Positions 19,097 to 29,894 of a stretch of DNA of 64,000 bases are shown in pieces. A program made the position numbers and the translations under genes. The notes under the pieces were generated by a model. It searched no databases and had not been told where the DNA came from. It saw only the letters and a program-made list of their open reading frames with translations. The DNA comes from Escherichia phage MN03. Position 1 is the first letter of the stretch, and the number at the start of each line of letters is the position of its first letter. The DNA lies in sequence record NC_070990.1; one strand, given 5' to 3'.

Positions 19097-21295
19097 ATGT
19101 CTAGAGAATTAATGCCCAAATCTGGTATAATGATGCCTCATGTGGTTGTAACCAGAGACGCGGCTGTTGTTGGGGTTTCTACTGTAGATGGACAGGCTGG
19201 AGCTATTAACCTCACCGGAAAATATTTACAGAAAACCGACGCAGCTGCTACCTATCAAACTAAAACAGAGGGTGCATCTAAAGATTTTGTGCTGGATTCG
19301 ATTCAACCTATTATGTCTGGTGCGCTGTTCCGAGAAGACCCTTGGGTTGTTAATGATACCCCATTCCGTTCTACTGGAGCTAATGGTGTAGAATCAGTTG
19401 ATATGATGAAAGTTACTACTGATAACTCAATCAAGATTGGTAGTTATGCCTCTTCAGTTCAAGGTGTAGAGATTCATTCTGCTGGTCGTCTTCAGGTTGT
19501 TGACCAGAATGACTCTGGGGTAGAAACTAAGTATCCAGTTTATTCTAAACGTTACCGTCCTGAGATTGAGGATTTGCCTTTTGCTGCAATTGGTTCTTAT
19601 GTTAAAGACTCTAAAGGTCGTACGGTAGGTGTTACTCGTACAGGGATTAACTCTGATATCAAACAGCTCACACAGAAAGTTACTTTCACTCAACCAGTAA
19701 CTGTCCCTGATGCAGTTGGTGATTATGATGCGGTGACTTTGAGACAGCTTCGAAACAGTGGTGGTGGCTCTGGTGGTCCTACGATGAGCGGTATCTCTAA
19801 CTTTGGTATTGGTGATTTCCATTTACGTGACAGTCGAGCTTTTATTCCAGCTTTTGAGGTAACGTCAGACGGTCAGCTTCTTAATCGTTCAGAGTACCCA
19901 GATCTCTGGGCTTATGCACAGCTGTTATCCCCTATCTCAGATTCTGAATGGCTTAGTGATGCCCAAAAACGTGGACAGTACTCTACTGGTGATGGTTCTA
20001 CTACTTTCCGCGTTCCAGACCGCAACGGGGTTCAGGTCGGTTCTATTAGGGAGCTATTTGGTCGCGGTGATGGTGGTACATCATCCAACGATGGTGTTAT
20101 CTATGATTCTGCTGCACCTAATATCAAAGGTAAGGTCGCTGGTGTATCAGCCGGGACTTATGCAGGGATATTCGGGACGTCTGTGCAAGATTCATTCTAT
20201 ACGGATAACAGTTTGTATCCGGCTGGTGGAGGGGACACTATACCTCCGGGGTCCGGTGCAGTTGATGGACGTAATAATACTCTAGTCTTCGACGCAAGCC
20301 AGTCCAACCCAGTTTATGGTCGTTATAGTATCTCTGACAACATTATACCGAGAAACTTTGTGGGGGTTTGGACTATTCGTGCTCATGGTGGATTTGTTGC
20401 TGCTAATACTTCTTGGTCTGTTATTAATAGTGACACCACACGACCTTCCAACGGAACGAAAGTTTCTAGTGGGTCAGTTGTCTCTGAGTATAAAATCGGT
20501 TCAGAAGTAGAAGCTTCTACTACTCTCAAAACTGATGCCTACATCAACGGAGCTTACTATGGAATCATTGACGTCTACAATAAAACTAAAGGAGTTACCA
20601 AGCAGTTAGCTTTCGACGATTCTGGTACACTGAATTCTGATAGGTATGTTTCTAGATTTGGCACTTTGATGTCTTGGAGTGAAACAGGAGCTAGGAAAGG
20701 AACATTCTCCATGGACAACCAAGGGCTAGGGTCTAACTTCTCCTTCAATTCCATACTAAGTGCTTCTCAATCATCTAGTGGGGGATACAAGACCACCACT
20801 CATGTTGGCATGATTCACAACGACGCCGGAACTTTTGCCGATTCTTGCTGGCACGTTGCAGGTGATGAAGACAACAAATACGGTTGCCGTCTAACACTTC
20901 GACCAAACAGGAATGAGATTTTATATTATACTTGGCAACCCGGCTCTACTGGAACATACACTCTTGCTCTGAATCCCGTGTCAGATGAAAGATTAAAACA
21001 TGATATCCAAGATATTTCCCCTGAGAAAGCTATCAAAGCTATTAAAGGTTTGGATTTCAAATCATTTGTGTATAACAATGATGAGCAAGGAAGAACTCGT
21101 CGTGGTATTATTGCACAGCAAGCAGAAAAGGTAGAACCTCTTTATGTTAAGACTCGTAGGTTCCACGACAATGATGGTGTAGAGCAAGAACAGAAAGAGC
21201 TAGACTCAGCTCCTATGCTCCTTGATACTATGCAGGTTGTTCAAGACCTTCTGAAGCGTATTGAAGTTCTAGAAGCAAAACTAGCAGAGAGGTAA
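19097..21295 (+). CDS. Tail fibre/tailspike protein with C-terminal intramolecular chaperone (peptidase S74-like) domain (732 aa)
   Basis: C-terminal SDERLKHDIQDI...GIIAQQAEKVEPLYV...LEAKLAER matches the auto-cleaving chaperone-of-endosialidase signature. Confidence 0.8.
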   Translation: MSRELMPKSGIMMPHVVVTRDAAVVGVSTVDGQAGAINLTGKYLQKTDAAATYQTKTEGASKDFVLDSIQPIMSGALFREDPWVVNDTPFRSTGANGVESVDMMKVTTDNSIKIGSYASSVQGVEIHSAGRLQVVDQNDSGVETKYPVYSKRYRPEIEDLPFAAIGSYVKDSKGRTVGVTRTGINSDIKQLTQKVTFTQPVTVPDAVGDYDAVTLRQLRNSGGGSGGPTMSGISNFGIGDFHLRDSRAFIPAFEVTSDGQLLNRSEYPDLWAYAQLLSPISDSEWLSDAQKRGQYSTGDGSTTFRVPDRNGVQVGSIRELFGRGDGGTSSNDGVIYDSAAPNIKGKVAGVSAGTYAGIFGTSVQDSFYTDNSLYPAGGGDTIPPGSGAVDGRNNTLVFDASQSNPVYGRYSISDNIIPRNFVGVWTIRAHGGFVAANTSWSVINSDTTRPSNGTKVSSGSVVSEYKIGSEVEASTTLKTDAYINGAYYGIIDVYNKTKGVTKQLAFDDSGTLNSDRYVSRFGTLMSWSETGARKGTFSMDNQGLGSNFSFNSILSASQSSSGGYKTTTHVGMIHNDAGTFADSCWHVAGDEDNKYGCRLTLRPNRNEILYYTWQPGSTGTYTLALNPVSDERLKHDIQDISPEKAIKAIKGLDFKSFVYNNDEQGRTRRGIIAQQAEKVEPLYVKTRRFHDNDGVEQEQKELDSAPMLLDTMQVVQDLLKRIEVLEAKLAER

Positions 21296-21299
21296 TATA

Positions 21300-21320
21300 A
21301 GCCCCTTCGGGGGCTTTAGT
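21300..21320 (+). terminator. Hairpin terminator-like element after the tailspike gene
   Basis: agcccc-ttcg-ggggct followed by ttagt. Confidence 0.45.
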
Positions 21321-21387
21321 AGTGAGTACCCTTAGTAAGTAATGAAACTAATATATCCCAAGAGGTTAATATATAGGAGACACTCAA

Positions 21388-21606
21388 ATGAAAATGATGA
21401 AACAAGCTGCATATGGTTTAATATGTTTAGGCGCAGGTGTTGTGGTATCCACCGCAGTTCCTGTAGGCGCAGTTCATCCATTAGTAACTGTCCCTGCTCC
21501 AGTAGAGAAGCTTAGCTCTCAATGCAAGCAGAGAACAATTCAAAATAACTTAGTTGTTATTTGCCCTGATGCTGAATCTAACGCTCTGAGAAAGATACTA
21601 CCTTAA
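21388..21606 (+). CDS. Small membrane protein (72 aa), possible holin-like or lysis-associated
   Basis: N-terminal MKMMKQ plus hydrophobic AAYGLICLGAGVVVSTAV; immediately upstream of the lysozyme gene. Confidence 0.4.
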   Translation: MKMMKQAAYGLICLGAGVVVSTAVPVGAVHPLVTVPAPVEKLSSQCKQRTIQNNLVVICPDAESNALRKILP

Positions 21607-21635
21607 TTTAAAGGGACTACAAAAGGAGGTTAGAA

Positions 21636-22127
21636 ATGGATAACGTCGCATTGCCACCTGTACAACTAAACTTAAGCCCAGCTGGAATGGAATTCATCAT
21701 GAAGCATGAGGGTATGAGAACAAAGGCTTATAAAGATTCCGCAGGTATCTGGACTATATGTGTAGGGGCTACGCGCGATATGAATGGTTATCCGGTTAGA
21801 CAAGGATTAACGTATTCTATAGAGGATTGTCTAGCTCTGCTAGATAGAGACACACAAGACTCTGTTCGTGCTACTCAGAAGAACATAAAGGTTCCTTTAC
21901 TAGTTCATGAGTTTGATGCACTCACTTCTTTCAACTTCAATGTTGGCAGTGGGGCTTTGAGCACATCTAAGTTAAGGAAGGTAATCAATGGAGATGTTAA
22001 GGGGGATGTTTATTCCGAATTTCTTCGTTGGGATAAAATAACGGTCAAGGGAGAGAAGCAGAGAAGTCAGGGTCTTCATAATAGAAGAGTTGCAGAAGCT
22101 AATCTTTACACCGAAGGTAAATATTAA
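21636..22127 (+). CDS. Lysozyme, glycoside hydrolase family 24 (T4-lysozyme-like) (163 aa)
   Basis: MKHEGMRTKAYKDSAGIWTICVGAT matches the GH24 catalytic Glu/Asp/Thr region; AAGGAGG SD. Confidence 0.85.
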   Translation: MDNVALPPVQLNLSPAGMEFIMKHEGMRTKAYKDSAGIWTICVGATRDMNGYPVRQGLTYSIEDCLALLDRDTQDSVRATQKNIKVPLLVHEFDALTSFNFNVGSGALSTSKLRKVINGDVKGDVYSEFLRWDKITVKGEKQRSQGLHNRRVAEANLYTEGKY

Positions 22128-22139
22128 TGGAGGTGCCTT

Positions 22140-22943
22140 TTGGCTATCGAAACTAATGCGGTAGTTATTACCGACTTAAACCCACTCTATCCTAGAGACA
22201 GGGATTACATCTACGAAGGGGCGGCTCAAATCCGCCTCATTAAACAAACGTTACAGAACACATTCCCCAATGTTACAGAACCGGTTGATATAGATTCTGA
22301 CACCTTTAAGATTATGTCAGAGAAGCTCAAGTTTACTGGTGATGCAATGGATGTTGGTGGTCTTATGATCAAGAACGTTACTCCGGGAACTGGTGACAAG
22401 GATGTTGTTACTAAAGGTCAGATGGAAGCGTTCATGAAGAACTGGATGGAGAATAAGCTCTATCGAATTGGTTCTTACTACATCACTGAAGAAGATATTA
22501 ACCCCGGTGATTCTATCTCCTTAGGGTTTGGTTCTTGGGCTAAAGTGACTGGTGTCATTATGGGTACTGGTGTAGTAAACCCTGATGGTTCTGTCCCTAA
22601 TGCTCAGAGAGTTGAGTTCCAAGCAGGTGGTACTGGTGGTCGTGTCTTCAATACCATTCGAACTGAGAACGTACCTCTGATGACAGTTAATGGCTCCAGC
22701 TTCTCTCTATCCAGTAACACTCACAGTCACAATATGGTGTTTGGTCGTGGAGATGCTAGTGGTCATAACAGCTCACCAAACTGGTATAGTCCGGGTGGTG
22801 GTTACAGTCAGAGAACTGATAGCGACACTCACACTCATACAATCTCTGGTAGTGTAAGTCTTGGTCGTGATGATATCTCTCGTCAACCTATTAACACTTT
22901 GCCACCATTCAGAGCAGCTCACATTTGGAGACGTATTAGCTAA
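22140..22943 (+). CDS. Virion structural protein (267 aa), TTG start
   Basis: ORF track; GGAGGTG 5 nt upstream of TTG; Gly/Ser/Thr-rich. Confidence 0.5.
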   Translation: MAIETNAVVITDLNPLYPRDRDYIYEGAAQIRLIKQTLQNTFPNVTEPVDIDSDTFKIMSEKLKFTGDAMDVGGLMIKNVTPGTGDKDVVTKGQMEAFMKNWMENKLYRIGSYYITEEDINPGDSISLGFGSWAKVTGVIMGTGVVNPDGSVPNAQRVEFQAGGTGGRVFNTIRTENVPLMTVNGSSFSLSSNTHSHNMVFGRGDASGHNSSPNWYSPGGGYSQRTDSDTHTHTISGSVSLGRDDISRQPINTLPPFRAAHIWRRIS

Positions 22944-22952
22944 GGAGGAATT

Positions 22953-25900
22953 ATGGCGCTGTATCCAATAAAGTCACTAGGTGCTGTAGGCGTTATCGCT
23001 GATCAGGCTCCGACAGACTTAGCTCCTAATGCTTTCACTAATGCTATAAATGCTCGATTTGTTGAGCAGAGAGTATTTAAGACGGGGGGCAATGCCCCTC
23101 TTTCTTATGTAGATGAAGATAAGGATTTAACCCCTCTGTCTTTCGTTTCTATGCCTTTCGATTATTATAGCGCAGGTAATAGCTTTCTTGTTGTAGGTAC
23201 GGATAAGAAGTTATATAAACTGACAGATGAAAGCTTGACTGATATTAGCCGTAAGGTTGCTACAGTCACTAAGAAGGCTTCTGCCTCAATTAAGATTTAT
23301 CCAGTTGTTTCTCAGATCGTTCCTAAAGAATCAACTATCTCAATGAACTTCAATCAGACCAAGAATCTAGAGGTTTCTCTTCTCCCTGCTGATGCTAACA
23401 ATACTGATCTTATTTGGGAGGTTAGTAACTCATCCTATGGAAGTATTGCGGTAGACCCTAGTGACTCTAAACTTGCTACTCTAACATCTTTTGAGAAAGA
23501 GGGTAATCTTGTAGTAACTATCTCTACTGCCAATGAATCCGTAGTGGCTCAGATTGCTGTTAATATTATCGACGGTGATTCAGGCATCTTCTTGAGTCAA
23601 GACACTGTTACAATTCGTAAAGGGGGGACTACTACTCTCACGGCTGTTACTGGCAAAACTCCTGTAACTTGGTCCAGCAATAACGCTTCTATTGTATCCG
23701 TAACCCCTAACGCCAACTCTTTAACTGCTGTCATTACAGCGAATGGAGAAGGTAATGTAACAATCACTGCTGATAACGGAACGAAGATTGCTTCTTGTGA
23801 GGTTGTTTCCATCCCTCAGATTGATAGTATCTCTTTAAGCCAGTCAGATGTTACTGTTAGTAGAGGTTCTCAGTATATCTTAACTGCTACCCTTTCTCCT
23901 GCTAACGCCCCTAATCAAAATATTACTTGGACCTCTTCTAATCCAAATATTGCAACAGTATCAGGGACTAGCACACAAGGGACGATCAACGCTCTACTTG
24001 CTGGTTTTACTGAGATTACAGCTACCACTGAAGAAGGTAACAGAGTTGCTGTCTGTACTGTACGTGTGGATTTAGCTGGAAGGACAATGAGAACAAGTGC
24101 TATGGCATTTGCCGCTCCTGTGTCAGAGTCAGTAGAAACTCAAGAGGAAGAAGTAGTAACTCCTCCTGAAAGTGAAGAGACGGTTTATTTTGCTGAGCCT
24201 ACATCCGGTATTGATACGTCAGGGATGTACGAAGGTAATAACTTCTATGACTACTCTAACGTGAATGACATTGAAGGTTTTGCAAGAGCTTCTTTACTGG
24301 CAACCCCTTTGTCATCTGTAACCTTAGATATTGTCAGTGCTTCTCTTGATGTTGGTGAAGAGATTGTCATTACAGCCACAGCTTCTCCAGAAGGTGAGTA
24401 CTCTTATCAGTGGTCTGTTGATAAAACTGGTTATGTTTCTACAACCTCAGTTACTGGTAAATCTATCAAACTGGTTGCTCTTCGTAAAGGGGAGATTAAT
24501 GTAACATGTACTGTCAGTCAGATGACTCAGAAAGATTACGATGCTTTTGATGACTATCCTTGGTATCACGCTGTTATCTCTAACTGTGCAGTTGCTACAA
24601 CTCACTATGAAACTCCTCAGGTAAAAGAATTCGAATCAGAATACTTTGTAGACCTTCCGGGATGGGGTGAGCAAACAGTTGTGGATAATGATGGAAACCC
24701 TTCAGTCAAGAAGTTTAACTGGAAATGTGAGAGAGTAAGATCTTTTAACAACCGTCTTTTTGCTCTGAATATGAGAGAGGCTAATGCTTCTGGTGTTACC
24801 ACTAACTATCCGCTTCGTCTTCGTTGGTCTAACTTTGCCAATGAGAACAAGGCTCCTACACTGTGGGATGACTTTGCCTATGATCGAGTTGTGTCTTCGG
24901 ACTTAGCTTCTAACATCGTAGGGCAGACTCAGGCTCTAGAGAATGGGTATGCTGGTTACATTGACTTAGCTGACTCTAATGGTAGCTTGATTGATATCCT
25001 GCCTCTTAAAGATTACTTGTTTGTTTATACAGAGTTTGAAACGTATATTGGTTCTCCAACTAATAACACGTACCAACCTCTAATGTTCAAGAAGCTTTTT
25101 AACGACTCTGGTATCCTTGCTCCTGAGTGTGTGGTTGAAGTAGAAGGTAGTCACTTCGTAGTTACTCAGAACGATGTAATCTTACACAACGGTGCAACTA
25201 AGAAATCAATTGCATCTAACCGTGTCAAGAACATGCTGATTAACGAGGTGTGTCTGGTTAATCCTTTAGCAACTCGAGTACACTTGCATCAGGATAAGAA
25301 AGAGGTTTGGGTTCTGTATGTAGGTCCGGGGGAGCCAAAAGAAAGCTTCGCTTGTACTAAAGCTGCTGTATGGAACTACGAGTTTGATACTTGGTCCTTC
25401 CGTACTATCCCATATGCTCAGTGTATTGGTCTGGTTGATCCTCCTGTTTTAGAAAGAGGTCCAATCTGGTCCGACTTCCAAGAAATCACTTGGGATGATC
25501 CATCTATTAAAGAACTCGTTTGGAGAAAGGATGCAACAAACTTTAGACAGAGGGTTACGATAGTAGGTTCATTCTTGAAGGGATTCTATCAAGTGGATGT
25601 GGGTGCTCTTGATTACTTCTATGACAGGCTAAATGATGTTGTTATAGAGAAGCCTCTGGAAATGAGGTTGGAGAGGACTGGTATAGATTTTGATAATGTG
25701 ACGAATGAGTGGAATCAGAAGCATATTAACAGGTTCCGACCTCAGACAACTGGTTCAGGTACTTACATATTTGAAGCTGGTGGTAGTCAATTCTCAAATG
25801 AATATGGACACCCACACACATCTAAGACATATACGATCGGTGTTGACAGGCATGTCTCGGTGAGACTGAACCATCCATACCTTTTCTATAATGTTATAGA

Positions 25901-25970
25901 TAATGATGTTAATAGTAATGCTGCTATCAATGGTTTAACGATAGAGTTTGCTGTTGGCGGGCGGAGATAA
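22953..25970 (+). CDS. Large structural protein with three tandem Ig-like (Big_2-type) domains (1005 aa)
   Basis: Three ~80-aa segments with V..S..TV/ITA...T...A.VTV pattern around residues 110-370; AAGGAGG SD. Confidence 0.6.
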   Translation: MALYPIKSLGAVGVIADQAPTDLAPNAFTNAINARFVEQRVFKTGGNAPLSYVDEDKDLTPLSFVSMPFDYYSAGNSFLVVGTDKKLYKLTDESLTDISRKVATVTKKASASIKIYPVVSQIVPKESTISMNFNQTKNLEVSLLPADANNTDLIWEVSNSSYGSIAVDPSDSKLATLTSFEKEGNLVVTISTANESVVAQIAVNIIDGDSGIFLSQDTVTIRKGGTTTLTAVTGKTPVTWSSNNASIVSVTPNANSLTAVITANGEGNVTITADNGTKIASCEVVSIPQIDSISLSQSDVTVSRGSQYILTATLSPANAPNQNITWTSSNPNIATVSGTSTQGTINALLAGFTEITATTEEGNRVAVCTVRVDLAGRTMRTSAMAFAAPVSESVETQEEEVVTPPESEETVYFAEPTSGIDTSGMYEGNNFYDYSNVNDIEGFARASLLATPLSSVTLDIVSASLDVGEEIVITATASPEGEYSYQWSVDKTGYVSTTSVTGKSIKLVALRKGEINVTCTVSQMTQKDYDAFDDYPWYHAVISNCAVATTHYETPQVKEFESEYFVDLPGWGEQTVVDNDGNPSVKKFNWKCERVRSFNNRLFALNMREANASGVTTNYPLRLRWSNFANENKAPTLWDDFAYDRVVSSDLASNIVGQTQALENGYAGYIDLADSNGSLIDILPLKDYLFVYTEFETYIGSPTNNTYQPLMFKKLFNDSGILAPECVVEVEGSHFVVTQNDVILHNGATKKSIASNRVKNMLINEVCLVNPLATRVHLHQDKKEVWVLYVGPGEPKESFACTKAAVWNYEFDTWSFRTIPYAQCIGLVDPPVLERGPIWSDFQEITWDDPSIKELVWRKDATNFRQRVTIVGSFLKGFYQVDVGALDYFYDRLNDVVIEKPLEMRLERTGIDFDNVTNEWNQKHINRFRPQTTGSGTYIFEAGGSQFSNEYGHPHTSKTYTIGVDRHVSVRLNHPYLFYNVIDNDVNSNAAINGLTIEFAVGGRR

Positions 25971-25974
25971 CAAC

Positions 25975-26000
25975 AAGGGGCTTCGTGCCCCTTTTATTGT
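25975..26000 (+). terminator. Rho-independent terminator
   Basis: aaggggc-ttcgt-gcccctt followed by ttattgtttt. Confidence 0.7.
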
Positions 26001-26013
26001 TTTGGAGGAACTT

Positions 26014-26982
26014 ATGGGTGCAGGTGGTTTTCGTAAGAATACTGGTCGCAACAACACCACACTCCCGTACAACGTTGGGTTTCTCAATAATGTACAGGAC
26101 ACAGAAACATATAACGTAGCCGTGTATGATGAATTACAAAAAGTTAGCACAGCTACTAACCAAATGTTCCAAGCTATAGATGAAATTCACGAAGAGATTG
26201 ATGTTCGTATTAAAGCTCTTAATGCAATGAATCTACAATTTGATGAGCTTGAGAATAGAATTACTACAGAGATAGAAACAGCTATTGCAGATATCCAAAC
26301 CCAGATGGGGAACCTGTCCACTGAGGACATTTGGGATAATTCTGTTCAACCTCCTGTGAAGCTAGAAAGCACTGTATCTGGTTTTAAGACCAGCATCGAA
26401 GATAACACAACTAAAATTCAGACAGTAGAAGGTATTGTTAACGATCAAGGTCAAGAGATTGCTCTTGTTCAGACAGAACTGCAAAATATCAACGGAAGCC
26501 TTTCTCAGTATATGAAACTCTCTGAGTATGAAGCTACGTGGGGTGTTAACTCTACAGTCAACGGAAGATATGCTGGAGTCAAGTTAACTAACAACGGAAC
26601 AAACAGTCAATTCCAAGTAACAGCTAACAAATTTATTGTTGGTGATGGCAGCTCTGGGAATACCCCCTTCGTATTTGAGGGTGGGCGAGCTAGGATGGAA
26701 TTCGCTGACATAAAGAACGTCAACATCACAACTGCTCAGATTGCCAACGCTAGGATCCAATGGGCACAGATTGATAACGTATCTATCTCCAATGCTCAGA
26801 TTCAGAACTTATCAGCGGATAAAATCACTGCTGGTTCTATGTGGGGTTCTAACTGGAGACTTACTGTTGGTGGTGATTTTGTTATGGGTGGTACAGGTGG
26901 TTCTCAGTTGTGGATGAATGGTAATAGAATAGATTTTTATGATGGGAGTGGAACTCTTCGAATAAGAATAGGGAGTTGGTAA
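26014..26982 (+). CDS. Virion structural protein (~322 aa)
   Basis: ORF track ORF 25948..26982; start moved to ATG at 26014 (GGAGG SD) because the earlier start lies inside the terminator hairpin. Confidence 0.5.
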   Translation: MGAGGFRKNTGRNNTTLPYNVGFLNNVQDTETYNVAVYDELQKVSTATNQMFQAIDEIHEEIDVRIKALNAMNLQFDELENRITTEIETAIADIQTQMGNLSTEDIWDNSVQPPVKLESTVSGFKTSIEDNTTKIQTVEGIVNDQGQEIALVQTELQNINGSLSQYMKLSEYEATWGVNSTVNGRYAGVKLTNNGTNSQFQVTANKFIVGDGSSGNTPFVFEGGRARMEFADIKNVNITTAQIANARIQWAQIDNVSISNAQIQNLSADKITAGSMWGSNWRLTVGGDFVMGGTGGSQLWMNGNRIDFYDGSGTLRIRIGSW

Positions 26983-26983
26983 C

Positions 26984-28018
26984 ATGGCATATGGAATATG
27001 GACACGCCCGGTTGGTCCGGGTCCAGCGGCACCTGCTGATATTTACATCGATAGTGGTAGCACATTCCCTCAACTCAGAAATAGAGTCAGTGGGAATTTC
27101 TCTTTTAGTGGAAATACCTGTGACTTGCCTATAAGTGGTTGGGATGGTAGTGGTCAGATAGTTGTAGTTCCAACAGGGTCTGTTGTTTGGGAGAGATACA
27201 TACCTCCTAACGTAACGTCTGATGTGTATTGGATAACGGATATATCTGTTATTAATAACTCAACCTTCAGAGTTACTATGGACTATAATGTAAACGGTTG
27301 GGTATTTGATATGGCTTTTAATGTGTATCAAATATGGCCTAGAGCTAACAGGAATTATGGAATCACATTCTCCAACTCTGCTGACTATTTCTCAATATCC
27401 GATTCTGGGGTTGTTGGTCAATGTATTTGGGCTTGGGAGGGTGACATAAATGGTTCTCTTCAAATACCAGATATTGGTGGTTTTGATATGAGCCGAGCAA
27501 CTGTCTACGCGAATTGGAGTAACGGTGGAGCAGGGCTGCTATACAATCCATCCAATAGGGTTGTTTATGTGTACCAGAACAGGTCTCATGATAATGGTAA
27601 CACAAACCAAACAGGATACATTGGTGGTGTTAGAATTGCCGTCTTCTGTGATGGTTCTGGAGTACCAACCCACAATGGTGGTTTAAATATCTTCTCTCCA
27701 AATGGGTCTCAGTGTGTATTTTCTACATATAGAACCCCTTTTAGTGTTGAGGGATTTATGCCTATGAGTGGCGGTAACACATCTCTGGCCTATCCAATGA
27801 TACCACTATCTTACGGAGCAGGAGCAATAAGAGGCAAGGCTAGTGGTTGGTATTTTCAACACACAAGATCTCACATGATGAATGGCTCTTCTTTCGGTAC
27901 AGGTTTCGGAAGGATGATTTACTCTTGGAGTAGTCAATATGATTTAGGAGGGGGTGGTGCCCTCGGGTTAAGTATTCCAATATTAGATGCTAGAAAGATA
28001 TTCAGGAGTATACAATAA
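26984..28018 (+). CDS. Virion structural protein (344 aa)
   Basis: ORF track; Gly/Ser/Asn-rich. Confidence 0.5.
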   Translation: MAYGIWTRPVGPGPAAPADIYIDSGSTFPQLRNRVSGNFSFSGNTCDLPISGWDGSGQIVVVPTGSVVWERYIPPNVTSDVYWITDISVINNSTFRVTMDYNVNGWVFDMAFNVYQIWPRANRNYGITFSNSADYFSISDSGVVGQCIWAWEGDINGSLQIPDIGGFDMSRATVYANWSNGGAGLLYNPSNRVVYVYQNRSHDNGNTNQTGYIGGVRIAVFCDGSGVPTHNGGLNIFSPNGSQCVFSTYRTPFSVEGFMPMSGGNTSLAYPMIPLSYGAGAIRGKASGWYFQHTRSHMMNGSSFGTGFGRMIYSWSSQYDLGGGGALGLSIPILDARKIFRSIQ

Positions 28019-28027
28019 GGAGATATT

Positions 28028-28810
28028 ATGGCAATCAGAATGGGTATCGAAGAACTAGACCCAATGGTACAGCAAGCTTCAAAGAAGTATGGGATTCCTG
28101 CTGCTTTGATTCATGCTGTCATCCAAAGAGAGTCCAGTGGTCGTCCTACAGTGGCCTCTGGAACTGGTCCTGTAGGTTTAATGCAGATCAGTAAAGGGTT
28201 GGCTAAAGATTACGGTTACAAACTAGAAGATAGACTTGACCCAGCAAAGAATATTGATATGGGCGCTCGTTACATAAGAGATAACTTAAAAGCTTTTAAT
28301 GGTGATGTTAAGAAAGCAATGGTTGGTTATTCAGAAGGTATCGGTGGAGCTAAGCAAATGTTCGCTGGTAAAAAGGGGTTTACTCCACAAGCTCTTGACT
28401 CCATGAACAATAAACACTTTCTTCCTTTCTATGGTGATGCAGCTTCTCAGATTGCTAACCCTGTTGGAGCTTTGCAAGCTGTTCAACCAGTCAATCAGTT
28501 TAGTCCTGACTTGTTAGATAGAGAGAAGGCCGCACAAGCTCCAACTCAGGCAGAGATTGCTGCTTCTAAGACAGGTGCTTTAGGCGGAAATCCAGTAGAG
28601 TTTTACTCTGATGAAGTGCAGGAAGGCGAAAATCAGAAACCTCAACAGAACTTTGGTAATGCAGTATTAGGGGTAGCTGCTATGCTTGCTGGTAAACCTC
28701 CCACTTCTCAAACAGTTCAGAGGGCAAGTGCACCACATGCAGCAGGTTCTCAGTACAGTCCACAAACACAAGCAGTGCTCAGACGTCTGGCTAGCATTGG
28801 TGTAAAGTAA
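28028..28810 (+). CDS. Virion-associated lytic transglycosylase (SLT domain) protein (260 aa)
   Basis: IQRESSG ... GLMQ ... GYSEG matches the SLT catalytic-Glu region; AAGGAG SD. Confidence 0.7.
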   Translation: MAIRMGIEELDPMVQQASKKYGIPAALIHAVIQRESSGRPTVASGTGPVGLMQISKGLAKDYGYKLEDRLDPAKNIDMGARYIRDNLKAFNGDVKKAMVGYSEGIGGAKQMFAGKKGFTPQALDSMNNKHFLPFYGDAASQIANPVGALQAVQPVNQFSPDLLDREKAAQAPTQAEIAASKTGALGGNPVEFYSDEVQEGENQKPQQNFGNAVLGVAAMLAGKPPTSQTVQRASAPHAAGSQYSPQTQAVLRRLASIGVK

Positions 28811-28829
28811 TAATCTTTAAGGAGGACTT

Positions 28830-29882
28830 ATGTCTTTATTTGGAAAATCAGCTTCTAGCAAAACCACAGTGGCCCCTTCCTCTCAGGTTGATGCCCTGCT
28901 GAAGCAGATTGTTGCTAATGCTCAGAATATGCAGAACAACGATCCGGGATTCATCTCCCAACAACTGGCTGGGTTTAATGGCAACCAACAGGGTGCTCTG
29001 AACAACTTAGCAGCTTCTACTACTCAGAAGCAATTGGCTGATATGTACACGCCTCGTACACAGCAAGGGTTGGACCAATTAAACTCTCTTGCACAGCAGT
29101 ATCAGAATATTGTCAATGGTGGTGGTCTAACTGCTGATGGTGTTAATAACTTTAGTAAAGGATTGAATAACTCAGCTCTTGCTCAAGCGACTAGTAAGGC
29201 AGCTTCCAATGTATCCCTCGGAAATGGTTCTGATTCAGGCTCTCTCCGTAGAGCTGCTGCTCAAGGTGCTGCTCTGAACAGTGCTAATACAAACTTAGCT
29301 CGTACTATCAGTGGCAAGAATATGGGAATCAGTGCTCTTCAACAAGACCAAAACTTCCAGAGGGGCTTACTTGGTGCTCAGTCAGGATTGGCTGGACAGA
29401 ATCTCAATCTTGGTGCTCAAGGTGTTCAGGCAACTCAACAAGCTATCCAGAATCAACTCATGGCTGGTAATCTACAACAGCAACAAGCCCAAGCTCAAGC
29501 TGATATTAATTGGCAGAACGCTATTGGCTCTCAACAGTATGGGTGGAATCAGCTTAACAACCAACTTAATGTATTAAATAGTGTAAGCCCAATGGCTGGG
29601 TACACGATTAAGAATGCTGCTCCGGGGGTTAATACTGGACAACAGCTCCTAGGTGCTGGTATCACTGGATTAGGTATTGCAGGTCGTATGGGTGCTTTCT
29701 CTCCTAATCAACAGACTCAGAATGCTTGGAGTTCCTATAACAACTCAGGTGGGCAATCTGGAATGGCTGGTCCTATGATTGGTGGTTCTAATCTTTCTCA
29801 ACAGAAAGGTCAGTCTAACTGGTTATCCACAGCAGGTAGTAATATCTTAGGTGGTGTCTTAGGGGCATTTGGAGCAAACTAA
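28830..29882 (+). CDS. Gln/Asn/Gly-rich internal virion protein (350 aa)
   Basis: Low-complexity Q/N/G composition; paralogous to the next gene; AAGGAGG SD. Confidence 0.5.
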   Translation: MSLFGKSASSKTTVAPSSQVDALLKQIVANAQNMQNNDPGFISQQLAGFNGNQQGALNNLAASTTQKQLADMYTPRTQQGLDQLNSLAQQYQNIVNGGGLTADGVNNFSKGLNNSALAQATSKAASNVSLGNGSDSGSLRRAAAQGAALNSANTNLARTISGKNMGISALQQDQNFQRGLLGAQSGLAGQNLNLGAQGVQATQQAIQNQLMAGNLQQQQAQAQADINWQNAIGSQQYGWNQLNNQLNVLNSVSPMAGYTIKNAAPGVNTGQQLLGAGITGLGIAGRMGAFSPNQQTQNAWSSYNNSGGQSGMAGPMIGGSNLSQQKGQSNWLSTAGSNILGGVLGAFGAN

Positions 29883-29894
29883 AGGAGATTTGAT

